From an uncultured Verrucomicrobiae bacterium (GTDB lineage: Bacteria; Verrucomicrobiota; Verrucomicrobiia; Limisphaerales; JAFGQR01): a DNA stretch of 64,000 bases. A model generated the notes under the pieces. That model ran no database searches. It had not been told where the DNA came from and saw only the letters and a list, made by a program, of their open reading frames with translations. Location of the stretch: assembly GCA_963788655.1 (NCBI GenBank), contig CAWBHS010000102.1, forward strand, positions 32,001 through 96,000, written 5' to 3'. The position numbers and the translations under genes are program-made. Shown here one piece after another: positions 28,313 through 37,572 of the stretch; the first letter of the stretch is position 1; every line of letters begins with the position of its first letter.

Positions 28313-29515
28313 ATGAGTTTTGTGGCTGAATTTGATCGCCTGCCGCTGGCTTCGTGGTTGCGACGTTCGCACGAAGCAACGCCGGCAGCGGTGCGGAACG
28401 TGCTTGGGAAATCGAGTCGTTCGCTGACTGACTTTGCTCAGTTGCTATCCCCGGCGGCCGGCGAATCGTTGGATGCTTTGTGCCAGCAGTCTCTGGCGAT
28501 AACCCGCCAACGTTTCGGTAAGGTCATCCGGCTGTTTGCACCGCTTTACCTGTCCAACGAGTGCATTAATAATTGCAAGTATTGCGGCTTTTCGCGCGAC
28601 AATCCCATTCTGCGAGTCACGCTATCCATTGAGGAAGTGCTCCGCGAGGCGCGCGCGCTCAAAGCGCAAGGGTTTCGGAACATTTTATTGGTGGCCGGGG
28701 AGCATCCGAAATTTGTCTCGCATGATTACCTCGCGGCGTGCGTCCAGGCGCTGCACGCCGAAGTGCCCGGCATTTCCCTCGAAGTCGGTCCGATGGAAAC
28801 GGAGGACTATCGAAGTCTGACCGCCAGCGGCGCGGAAGGACTGGTGGTCTATCAGGAAACATACGACCGGGCCTTGTATGCCGAATTGCACGTTTCCGGG
28901 CCGAAACGCAATTTCAACTGGCGCCTGGAAACACCCGAGCGCGCCTACGAGGCCGGGTTCCGCCGCTTGGGCTTGGGCGCGTTGTACGGGCTGAGCGACT
29001 GGCGAAGCGAATCTCTGGCGGTCGCGGCTCACGCGGCGTATTTGTTGCGCAATTGCTGGAAGGCTTCGTTGACCATCTCGCTGCCACGCATGCGTCCGTG
29101 CGCCGGCGAGTTCCAACCGCTGACGCACATCAATGACCGCGAACTGACGCAATTGGTCTGCGCCTTTCGGCTCACGTTTCCCGACGTTGGGCTGGTGCTG
29201 TCCACGCGCGAACCGGCCCGCCTGCGCAACGGTTTGATCCCGCTCGGCATCACGCTCATGAGCGCGGGCAGCCACACTGAGCCGGGCGGTTACACTGGCG
29301 CGGGACGCGAGCATCTGCACCACACCGAACGCGGCCGCATCGTGGACTTGATTCCGGCCTCGAGTGAATGGGCGCCCAGTCCACGGCCTGCGAACAGCGC
29401 CACCCGCCAGTTTGATATTGCCGACGAACGTTCCGCGGCGGAAGTGGCGGAAGTCATTCGGCACCTGGGGTACGAGCCGGTGTGGAAGGATTGGGATGCG
29501 GCGCTTGCCGGTTGA
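28313..29515 (+). CDS. thiH: 2-iminoacetate synthase (radical SAM)
   Basis: 'FAPLYLSNECINNCKYCGF', 'YQETY', 'SLPRMRP', 'STRE', 'SAGSHTEPGGY', 'QFDIADER', 'PVWKDWD'. Confidence 0.95.
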   Translation: MSFVAEFDRLPLASWLRRSHEATPAAVRNVLGKSSRSLTDFAQLLSPAAGESLDALCQQSLAITRQRFGKVIRLFAPLYLSNECINNCKYCGFSRDNPILRVTLSIEEVLREARALKAQGFRNILLVAGEHPKFVSHDYLAACVQALHAEVPGISLEVGPMETEDYRSLTASGAEGLVVYQETYDRALYAELHVSGPKRNFNWRLETPERAYEAGFRRLGLGALYGLSDWRSESLAVAAHAAYLLRNCWKASLTISLPRMRPCAGEFQPLTHINDRELTQLVCAFRLTFPDVGLVLSTREPARLRNGLIPLGITLMSAGSHTEPGGYTGAGREHLHHTERGRIVDLIPASSEWAPSPRPANSATRQFDIADERSAAEVAEVIRHLGYEPVWKDWDAALAG

Positions 29516-29563
29516 TGTTCGATGGACGGTCAGAATGGCGGGTCGGTTAGAAACGAAACAACA

Positions 29564-29773
29564 ATGAATGAGTCAACAGTGATTGCCAATGGACAGTCCG
29601 TAGCGGCGGAGTTGCCCTGCACGATCGAGGAATTTCTGGTGGCGAACCAGATGCTGCCGCGCAGCGTGGTCGTCGAGCACAACGGGGAAGCGGTCGCACC
29701 TTCTGAATTCAAGCAACGCAAGCTCGCCGCCGGCGACCGCTTGGAAATCGTCAAGATCGTGGCCGGCGGGTAA
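29564..29773 (+). CDS. thiS: Sulfur carrier protein ThiS
   Basis: 69 aa, 'VVEHNGE', C-terminal 'GDRLEIVKIVAGG'; follows thiH. Confidence 0.93.
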   Translation: MNESTVIANGQSVAAELPCTIEEFLVANQMLPRSVVVEHNGEAVAPSEFKQRKLAAGDRLEIVKIVAGG

Positions 29774-29823
29774 CGGTGTTCTGGTTCGTATTCGCGCGCA
29801 AAGGGACTGGTTCGCAATCAAAC

Positions 29824-30106
29824 GGTGGGGCGTGCAGTCCTCTGCGCGCCGCGATAGGAAAGAACCACACAATGGGAACAAGACGGCGCGCACGGAGTGA
29901 TGCTCGGGTGGCATTTCTGTATTGATGAGAGCTTGGGATTGACTACGCATAGTGACATTCAATCGGCTCGTTCTCCCTCACCCTACCCTCTCCCCAAGGA
30001 GAGGGAACAGAGGGAGGTGCCACTACGGAAACCAAGGGACATCGTGTTTTCAGAAGACCGGTCATCGATTCTCCCTCTCCCTGGGGGAGAGGGCCGGGGT
30101 GAAGGA
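29824..30106. repeat. Two further palindromic repeat pairs
   Basis: GGTGGGGCGTGCAGTCCTCTGCGCGCCG with CGGCGCGCACGGAGTGATGC (29824-29905). CCCTCACCCTACCCTCTCCCCAAGGAGAGGGA with CCCTCTCCCTGGGGGAGAGGGCCGGGGTGAAGG (~29971-30106). Confidence 0.65.
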
Positions 30107-30183
30107 AAACAAAACCATCGATTATTCCAAAGTGTCTTCCATCCAGGCGACTGCACAGCAAGTATTACCAAATGCTTCGGCTA

Positions 30184-32796
30184 CTACCGGCTCGCTTTCG
30201 CCGAAGCCGTCGGCACCAGTGCCATAGAGGCGCATTTGATGCGGTTCATGTCGTTGAAGCCACAGTTCATCCCGGCGGTGGTCAACACGCGGCCCGGCGC
30301 CATTTGCACCTGCTTTTCCAAGCCCCCATTGGGTTCGATGCCGGCGCGAAACATCTTTTCCGTTCCCAAAGCGCCATTCGCCAACAAGGGCCGCCCCCAC
30401 AAGGCAAACGTTTTCACATCCCACTCAGGCGCGATCCGACCGCCAAAGCCGGTGGCTACATAACCTTCGGGCAGCGTGATCTGCGCTTCGAGATGCGCGT
30501 CCGGTTCCCAGCCACCGCGCAATTCTTCCGCCGGACCGAGCGTGCCGTCGGGCAGCAGCGGGCGGATCTGCATCCAGATCGTGGTGATGTTGTCTTCGTG
30601 CGCCCGGGCGCCCAGGCCGGTCACCACGTAGTTCGGCGGGGCCGTCAGTTCCGCTTCGACGCGTTGATCGAATTCCACTTGCCGGTCCTGAAGCACGACA
30701 GTCGCCGGCTGCGCCGGACTGATTGGCGGGTCGTTGAAGGCCATTTGTGTTGGCCCCAAATCGAAAACCATGGCGTGGTCCACGTAGGCGGTGGCGCGTT
30801 CCAAATCCCGCCAGCGGAAGAAACCAAATCCAATCGTGGCCTGGTCTGCCTCGGCGATCCAGCGGTGTTGGAAACGCGACCAGCGGCCATCCGTCCAATA
30901 CCATTGGCTGGTGTTTTGTCCGGCGAAATTGGTACCGCCGGCGGAATCGGCGAACAAGCGCACCCGCGTATCGCCGCGCGGGCCGTTCACGACGGAGGTG
31001 TGCGCACGAACCCACAGCGCATACACGTGTCCGGGCACGGTGGGAACGGTCTGGTAGATCATGGATTCCGCAAACACCTGTTCCCGACTTTGCTCCGAGA
31101 GCTGCGACCAGCCGGCCATTTTCTTGCCGAACGGCGGCGAAATCTTGTGTTCTTCGCGCGTCGCGTAAATCCCGTCGGCCGGCACCACAGTCCAGCCGTT
31201 CAAGTCCTCTTCGAAGTCTCCGTTGACCAGCGGGACCATTGTCCGGTAGCGCATTGGATTCTTGGCAGGCAGCGCGGGCAGTTGCCGACCGGCAATGGGC
31301 ACGAAGAAATCCGGTTGTTTCGGATAGGCGCGCGGGATGGCGGGAAAGGGGCCGTTGGGAATCTGCAAGCGATAGAGCGGCGTGCGCCAGGTCAGCCCAG
31401 CTTGGCCGGTCGCTTCGAGGCGGAAATCGTATTCATGACCGGGCCACAGTTTGGGAATGGTCAACTCATTCGTGCCCGGCTCCACATGAAACACTTCGTA
31501 TTCCTGCGGGCGGCGCCGGCTGATCTCGACTTTCACCGGGCACGGCCAGGAAACGGACCAGCTCAGTCGCATGATGCGATTGGTGACCGGGAATTCGGCT
31601 TTGAGATTGTGAATGGCCGGCAGACCACCCGGATGTGGTTCGCCGTAAACGATGGCTTGCATGTCGGTCAACCGGGGACGAGCGGCGGCCAGTCCTTCCG
31701 GAATCGCGCCGCGATGTTCGGTCCAGCCAAGTACACCCGCCCGATACCGTTTCCCTGGCTCCACCGGTAACTCATCTGCGCCAAACAAAAAGTGAGCGGT
31801 ATGCGGACCATTCGTCGGGCCGCACGACAGGCACCGTTTGGGACCGGCGACCAACCGCGGCGTTGCTTCGTCCGTCCACACGCCCAGAAACAGATCGCAA
31901 CAATTCATCGGCACCGGTGAGGCGGTGATGGTTATCAAGCGTACATTGGGTGTGCGCGGCTCAAAGACGACGCCCGCCTGATTGTAAACCCAGCCCTGAT
32001 AATCCGCGCCAACGATCAACGCCCGGGAAAGATCGGGTGGTTCCTCGATGATCCACGCGCCGAGATCGGATTCCGGGCGTGGTCGTCCGTCCATGAACAA
32101 AATGCCGTCATCATAGCAATTGCCCGTGGCGTGCAGATAGGGCGACCAGTCCTGGCCGTCCGCCCGCGTAAGACGAAGGGCATAGGTGCGGCCCAATTCG
32201 AGCGGCGCTTCTCCCGGCAGCCAGGTCACGTGGCCCCAATCCATTGAATGACCGGAGTGAAACGATTTCGTGCGCCCGATCTGCCGACCACCGGGACCGC
32301 CTTCCAGCAGCGCGGCCAAAAACATCCCGTCTTCCGACGGCACCAACATCGTCAGGCTGACCAGTTCGCGACCGGAGGCGACGAACGTTTGCACAAATTC
32401 CCGTCCGCGCAGGCCCCACACAATCGCGTCGGGTTCATAGACATGATCAATGAGAATGTCGCCCACATTGCGACCGGACGAATCGATGGGCACGCCCGAG
32501 GCAATGCGGGGGAAGAAGGCAAATTGCTCCGCGCACGTGTAACTCACTTTCCCGGCGCAGAACGGATATTCCGTGAAGCCACTGTCGGCCATGCCGGTTT
32601 GGCCGGTGGCCTCGGCACCATCCTGGGCGCAGATCGTACGGGTCTTCGGCAGGAGCGGTCCATTACTCTGGGCGCCCAGCAACCGGTAGAAAAGTTGCAC
32701 TCCCTTGGGAGCCTCGGCGCTGCGACAATCCGCCGAAAAGTTACTGAGCAGCAGGATGGCAAATAACGTTGTACTGATGAGCAATGTTCGTTTCAT
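30184..32796 (-). CDS. Large secreted multidomain hypothetical protein
   Basis: 870 aa with a signal peptide, an FN3-like segment, a 'NGDFEE..GW' CBM-like domain and three C-terminal 'P.GYV.TG.G.R' repeats. Confidence 0.75.
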   Translation of the reverse strand: MKRTLLISTTLFAILLLSNFSADCRSAEAPKGVQLFYRLLGAQSNGPLLPKTRTICAQDGAEATGQTGMADSGFTEYPFCAGKVSYTCAEQFAFFPRIASGVPIDSSGRNVGDILIDHVYEPDAIVWGLRGREFVQTFVASGRELVSLTMLVPSEDGMFLAALLEGGPGGRQIGRTKSFHSGHSMDWGHVTWLPGEAPLELGRTYALRLTRADGQDWSPYLHATGNCYDDGILFMDGRPRPESDLGAWIIEEPPDLSRALIVGADYQGWVYNQAGVVFEPRTPNVRLITITASPVPMNCCDLFLGVWTDEATPRLVAGPKRCLSCGPTNGPHTAHFLFGADELPVEPGKRYRAGVLGWTEHRGAIPEGLAAARPRLTDMQAIVYGEPHPGGLPAIHNLKAEFPVTNRIMRLSWSVSWPCPVKVEISRRRPQEYEVFHVEPGTNELTIPKLWPGHEYDFRLEATGQAGLTWRTPLYRLQIPNGPFPAIPRAYPKQPDFFVPIAGRQLPALPAKNPMRYRTMVPLVNGDFEEDLNGWTVVPADGIYATREEHKISPPFGKKMAGWSQLSEQSREQVFAESMIYQTVPTVPGHVYALWVRAHTSVVNGPRGDTRVRLFADSAGGTNFAGQNTSQWYWTDGRWSRFQHRWIAEADQATIGFGFFRWRDLERATAYVDHAMVFDLGPTQMAFNDPPISPAQPATVVLQDRQVEFDQRVEAELTAPPNYVVTGLGARAHEDNITTIWMQIRPLLPDGTLGPAEELRGGWEPDAHLEAQITLPEGYVATGFGGRIAPEWDVKTFALWGRPLLANGALGTEKMFRAGIEPNGGLEKQVQMAPGRVLTTAGMNCGFNDMNRIKCASMALVPTASAKASR

Positions 32797-32923
32797 GACA
32801 CTAAAAGACTTTAAACGTTGCAATATTTCATTCGAGCGCGGAGGCCCTCCTCCACGCAATCCAAGGCGATCTTCGACGCGGATGAGGGCATCCGCACTCC
32901 AGAACTGCGGCAGGAAATGCAGA

Positions 32924-33697
32924 TCAAAGCGCCGGAGGAATGATCTCGCGCGCGGCTGCGGCATCAACCATCCACAGCAGCCGGCCATCGGCCGGGCGCA
33001 CCCGCTGCGCCGGGAACTGTCCTTCAGCCGCTTCACTCTGGAGCACCTGCTGGAGGATGGACGCCTTTTCTGCCCCGGCCACCACGAACATGATTTCCGC
33101 CGCGGCGTTGATCACTGGAAAGGTCAAAGTGAGCCGGTAATTGTGGAACTTCTCGACCCAATTGGCGCAAACCAGTCGTGACGATTCCCGCAAGGCCGCC
33201 GTGTCCGGAAATAGCGACGCCGTGTGCCCGTCCAGTCCCAAACCGAGCATCACCAAATCGAATCGCGGGAAGGCACCAGGAGCTGGTCTGAAGAAGGACC
33301 GCAACGTCTCCGCATACTGGTCGGCCGCCTCAGGCGCGTGCAGTTCGGCGGGCATGCGATACATGTTGTCCGCCGGAATCGGCACGTGCGCCAGCAAGCT
33401 TTCGCAAGCCATGCGGTAATTGCTGTCCGGATGGTCCGGCGGCACATGGCGTTCGTCACCGAAGAAAACGTGGATTCGGTTCCAAGGCAACTTACGGGCA
33501 CCGCTGGATTCGTCCTTGGCCAGCAACGCATAGACACCCTTCGGGGTACTGCCGCCGGACAGTGCCACAGTAAATCGTCCATGAGCGTCAATCGCCGCGG
33601 TGGCCTGACGTTGAAATTCATCCGCCGCGGCGCGCGCCAGCGCATTCCCGTCGGGTAGAACGTGAACTTCGCCTTCGTCCAGTGCCAGAATGCGCAT
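32924..33697 (-). CDS. pgl: 6-phosphogluconolactonase
   Basis: 'ALSGGSTP', 'GDERHVPPDHPDSNY', 'LGLGLDGHTASLFP', 'RLTLT'. Confidence 0.95.
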   Translation of the reverse strand: MRILALDEGEVHVLPDGNALARAAADEFQRQATAAIDAHGRFTVALSGGSTPKGVYALLAKDESSGARKLPWNRIHVFFGDERHVPPDHPDSNYRMACESLLAHVPIPADNMYRMPAELHAPEAADQYAETLRSFFRPAPGAFPRFDLVMLGLGLDGHTASLFPDTAALRESSRLVCANWVEKFHNYRLTLTFPVINAAAEIMFVVAGAEKASILQQVLQSEAAEGQFPAQRVRPADGRLLWMVDAAAAREIIPPAL

Positions 33698-33727
33698 AAT
33701 CGAAATCCTCCTGAAGCGCGCCCCGCC

Positions 33728-35368
33728 TCATCCGTTCAGGGAGCGGCTGACAATGGTCTGAGCCTCCTCGATGAGCGCTTCCAAGTGCGCTTCACTCTGG
33801 AAGCTTTCTGCGTAAAGTTTGTAAATGTTCTCGGTGCCCGAAGGCCGCGCGGCGAACCATCCGTTTTGCGTGACCACCTTCAATCCGCCAATGGCGGCCT
33901 GGTTGCCGGGCGCACGGGTGAGTTTGGCCACGATTGGTTCACCGGCCAACTTGTCGGCGGTGACCGCTTCGGGCGAGAGTTGCTTCAACTGGTTCTTCTG
34001 TTCCGGCGTCGCCGGCGCGTCAATGCGTCGGTAGTACGGCGTGCCGAATTGGGCGGTAAGCTTTTGATAGTGCTTCCCCGGATCCTCGCCCGTCCGCGCG
34101 GTGATCTCGGCAGCGAGCAGGCCCAGGATCAACCCGTCCTTGTCCGTCACCCACGCCGTGCCATCCTGGCGAAGGAAGCTCGCCCCGGCGCTTTCTTCAC
34201 CGCCAAAACAATACGAACCATCAAACAAACCGGGCGTGAACCATTTGAAGCCAACCGGCACTTCGCTCAACTTGCGTCCGAGCGCCGCCACCACGCGGTC
34301 AATGATGCTGCTGCTGACCAACGTCTTGCCGATGGCGGTATCCGCCGGCCATTGGGGACGGTTCGTCAGCAAATATTGGATTGCGACCGCGAGATAATGG
34401 TTCGGATTCATCAGGCCGGCCGAGGGCGTCACGATGCCGTGCCGGTCCGCATCCGGATCATTGCCCCAGGCCACGTCGAACTGGTCCTTGAGCTTCACCA
34501 AACCGGCCATGGCAAACGGGCTGGAACAATCCATCCGAATCTTGCCGTCGTGATCCAGGGTCATGAAACTAAAGGTGGGATCGACCTTCGGGTTGACCAC
34601 CGTTAGGTTCAATCCATATTCCTGCGCCAGGGGCTCCCAATAACCTACCGCTGCTCCGCCGAGGGGATCGACGCCCAACTTGATGCCGGCGGCGCGAATG
34701 GCTTCCATATCGATGACTGCGGCAAGGTCTTTCACATACGGCAGCACGAAATCATCCGGATGCGTTGTTGCCGCTTTCAAGGCAGACTCGAAGGGAGTGC
34801 GCCGGAGGTCGCGATTACCATTTTGTAGCAGTTCATTGGCGCGGTCCTGAATCCAATTGGTCACGTCGGTGTCCGCCGGGCCGCCATTCGGAGGATTGTA
34901 TTTGATCCCACCATCGGCCGGTGGATTGTGGGAGGGCGTGATGATCAAGCCGTCAGCCAGGCCCGTGCTTTTGTCGCGATTGTAAACCAGGATGGCCCGC
35001 GAGACGGCCGGCGTAGGCGTCACCCCATCGTCGCGTTGAATGAAGGTTTGGACGCCATTGGCCGCCAGCACCTCCAGCGCGCTCCGCTGCGCGGGCCCGG
35101 AGGCGGCGTGCGTATCCTTGCCCAGGTAGAGCGGACCGTTGATTCCTTGCGTGCGGCGGTAATCGCACACGGCTTGCGTGATGGCCAGGAGATGCGCCTC
35201 GGTGAAGGACCCATTCAGCGGAGTGCCGCGGTGACCGCTGGTGCCAAAGCTGACCCGCTGGCTGGCATCGGACAGGTCGGGTTGGCGCTCGTAGTAGTCA
35301 CGCTCCAGTTGGGCGACGTTGATCAACAGTTCGGGTGGAGCCGGTTTTCCGGCGAGCGGATGAGGCAT
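33728..35368 (-). CDS. pgm: Phosphoglucomutase
   Basis: 'FGTSGHRG', 'TPSHNP', 'DPDADR', 'GEESAG', 'RPSGTE'. Confidence 0.97.
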   Translation of the reverse strand: MPHPLAGKPAPPELLINVAQLERDYYERQPDLSDASQRVSFGTSGHRGTPLNGSFTEAHLLAITQAVCDYRRTQGINGPLYLGKDTHAASGPAQRSALEVLAANGVQTFIQRDDGVTPTPAVSRAILVYNRDKSTGLADGLIITPSHNPPADGGIKYNPPNGGPADTDVTNWIQDRANELLQNGNRDLRRTPFESALKAATTHPDDFVLPYVKDLAAVIDMEAIRAAGIKLGVDPLGGAAVGYWEPLAQEYGLNLTVVNPKVDPTFSFMTLDHDGKIRMDCSSPFAMAGLVKLKDQFDVAWGNDPDADRHGIVTPSAGLMNPNHYLAVAIQYLLTNRPQWPADTAIGKTLVSSSIIDRVVAALGRKLSEVPVGFKWFTPGLFDGSYCFGGEESAGASFLRQDGTAWVTDKDGLILGLLAAEITARTGEDPGKHYQKLTAQFGTPYYRRIDAPATPEQKNQLKQLSPEAVTADKLAGEPIVAKLTRAPGNQAAIGGLKVVTQNGWFAARPSGTENIYKLYAESFQSEAHLEALIEEAQTIVSRSLNG

Positions 35369-35548
35369 AAGCAATCAGGTTAACCGTCTTCTTATTGTGT
35401 CCATTTCAACTGCGGGAAGGCTAGGCCAGCCCACGCCCGGCTCAAAGTCCAAAGTTGAATTTCCGCGATTCCCCTATCGGGCACTTTGTAAAACTGCCGG
35501 TGCGTTGCGCGGTAAGTCCTCCAATTGTTACGCCGCCGTGGAGAGCGT

Positions 35549-35716
35549 ATGAGTTTAACAATCGAAGATCGAACCGTTATGACTGATCGCTGGAAAGAAT
35601 ATTCGTGGAACATTGAGTTCACCCTGGAGGACATCCCCCCCGTGCGCCGGCATATTTACGTTTACACGCTGCTGGTGCTCTTCGCCCTGGCGGCGAACAC
35701 CCTGGTGGTCTTATGA
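35549..35716 (+). CDS. Small membrane protein
   Basis: GGAGAG upstream, 55 aa, C-terminal hydrophobic helix; ATGA overlap with the next ORF. Confidence 0.45.
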   Translation: MSLTIEDRTVMTDRWKEYSWNIEFTLEDIPPVRRHIYVYTLLVLFALAANTLVVL

Positions 35717-35895
35717 GTTCCATGTTCAAATTCCGACTGTGGGTGTTGGCCGGCAGCGTTCTCACGGTGCTCCTGTGCCAGAGCTTCAAGGACTTCTCGA
35801 CGCCCCAGCCAGCGAAACCGGCCAGGGCTAAACCGCTGCTGACCCACCACGCAATGTCGAACCGCGCACCAACGGAGGTCTTGATGAAACGATAA
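35713..35895 (+). CDS. Small membrane or secreted protein
   Basis: 60 aa with an N-terminal hydrophobic segment; translationally coupled to the previous ORF. Confidence 0.4.
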   Translation: MSSMFKFRLWVLAGSVLTVLLCQSFKDFSTPQPAKPARAKPLLTHHAMSNRAPTEVLMKR

Positions 35896-36123
35896 TTTTG
35901 GCCGAGCCGCTTGCTTTGCCGCCTCCGTCATCCCTTCGATGCCTGAGCCGAACAAGTGGTTGCGGCCATTCTAATTGGAATAGTGTTGATGAGTCAGAAG
36001 GCCGGGCGTTGCACGCCGAACTGGGAGGCGAAGCGTGCAACGCCCGCGCTCTTTTTTCGCGGGCTAAATTTGATTCGCGCTCAACTCAACTGAAGCCTTG
36101 CGGCCGTATCTATGCAGTTAACT

Positions 36124-36271
36124 GGGGGAGCGCGCCCGCCTCGGGCGCGGTGGTTGGCGCCACGCCAACCACTTTCGAGCATCCCGAGCGACTCACTATT
36201 CAGGGACTGCTCAGTCACGGGGCCAACCGGCGAGGGCGCCGGTTGGCAGCGCCCGAGGCGGGCGCGATCCC
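36124..36271. repeat. Palindromic element, family D, copy 3
   Basis: GGGGGAGCGCGCCCGCCTCGGGCG ... CGCCCGAGGCGGGCGCGATCCC. Confidence 0.7.
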
Positions 36272-36293
36272 TTTCCAACTAAAACCTTGCGGC

Positions 36294-36974
36294 TTAGCGA
36301 CCAGGCGCGGGACGCAAAATCTTCACCGGCTCCGGTTCCTTGTAATGGCGCTTGAGCCCAACTTCGCGCAGCATCCCGGCCGGCACGCGGGCGATAAATT
36401 CCGAGAAGCAACGTTCCACCCGGTCGCGAATGAGCTTTTGACCGGACTTAGAAAGCCAGAATTCTTCTTCGAGTTTCGTGAGCTGGATGCCAGCTTCCTC
36501 GGGCGTGAGCGTTTCCTGCTTGGCCAGGAGCCAGACCAGTTCCTTGTCGCCCGGAAGCGAAATGGGGAACGGGACAAACTTGGGCTTAAACTCCGCTTCC
36601 TCCCCGCCATCATCGGCCAGCGCACGGACCTTGATCTCGCCGCTGAACTGGCCGCCTTTGGGCAGGGAAACCTCCACGGCCAGCGCTTTGGTTTTGCGAT
36701 TGGGTTTGAGGGTGATGTCGCCGTCGCCAAACGCAGACGCGAATTGTTCCTGGACGTTGGCGACAGTCTTTGGCTCCAAGTCCGGCAGTTCGCAGCGTTT
36801 GCAGAACTTCTCGAAAGCCGCCGCGCGGGCTTTGAGCTGCAGTTCCTTTTCGATGGCACTGTAAATCTTTCCGGCCAGCTTGGCATCATGGGTCGCCTTG
36901 GGCAGCACCTGCTTCAGCAAATTCAGCAACTGCGTTTCGTTCACTTCGTTTTTCTTCGTTGTATTGTTCTTCAT
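36294..36974 (-). CDS. Hypothetical cytoplasmic protein
   Basis: 226-aa Lys/Glu-rich ORF with natural composition and codon usage. Confidence 0.75.
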   Translation of the reverse strand: MKNNTTKKNEVNETQLLNLLKQVLPKATHDAKLAGKIYSAIEKELQLKARAAAFEKFCKRCELPDLEPKTVANVQEQFASAFGDGDITLKPNRKTKALAVEVSLPKGGQFSGEIKVRALADDGGEEAEFKPKFVPFPISLPGDKELVWLLAKQETLTPEEAGIQLTKLEEEFWLSKSGQKLIRDRVERCFSEFIARVPAGMLREVGLKRHYKEPEPVKILRPAPGR

Positions 36975-37168
36975 GATTACAAGAAAATGGGGGCCAGTTG
37001 TGCCGGAGTTTCCAGCGAAGCGCAACCGGGTTTTGCAAAAATCTTAGTGATGATGGTTGAGGCAACCAATGCCATCCTGAAAACCACCCGAGATGACGCG
37101 CGTAAACAAAACCTCGTTCTGGCAAGCCGATATCCTGGTGGTGGGATATTACTTGGTCCGCATTCTCA

Positions 37169-37440
37169 GAGCCTGTTTTAAAATTGGGCGAGGTCCTGCG
37201 TCGAGGGATTTTGGACGCGGGCGAGGCGGCGAGGTCCGCGCATCCCCGCAGTGGGCTGTAAGGATCGAGCCAACGAGGCCCACGTTCAAAAGACCCGCCG
37301 CCCTGCGGGTTTTCGCGGAAAAGGCCGGCTGGCTTCGTTGCTCCTCAGTCACAGACCGCTGCGGGTATGCTCCTTCGTCGCGCCTCGCCAGCCGGCCTTT
37401 TCCGCGAAAACAGGACCACGCCGAATTTTAAAACAGGCTC
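37169..37440 (+). mobile_element. MITE copy 1 (272 bp), IS5-like ends
   Basis: Terminal inverted repeats GAGCCTGTTTTAAAATT ... AATTTTAAAACAGGCTC; 3-bp target duplication TCA; no transposase. Confidence 0.88.
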
Positions 37441-37572
37441 TCAGCATCCCGCGCCTGGGCTTCCCGTCCCCTGGCGGCGCCGATCGAGGATTTTTCCCAC
37501 TCCTGGAAGCGCTTGCGTTGGTGGATAGCGGCAACCCTTTGCGCCAATGCAGCAGTAAGCGTAAATTAGGGC

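Noticed and set aside
28313..29773. thiH-thiS without thiG as a novel pathway
   Set aside because: Thiamine genes are often dispersed, and thiG may lie outside the window.
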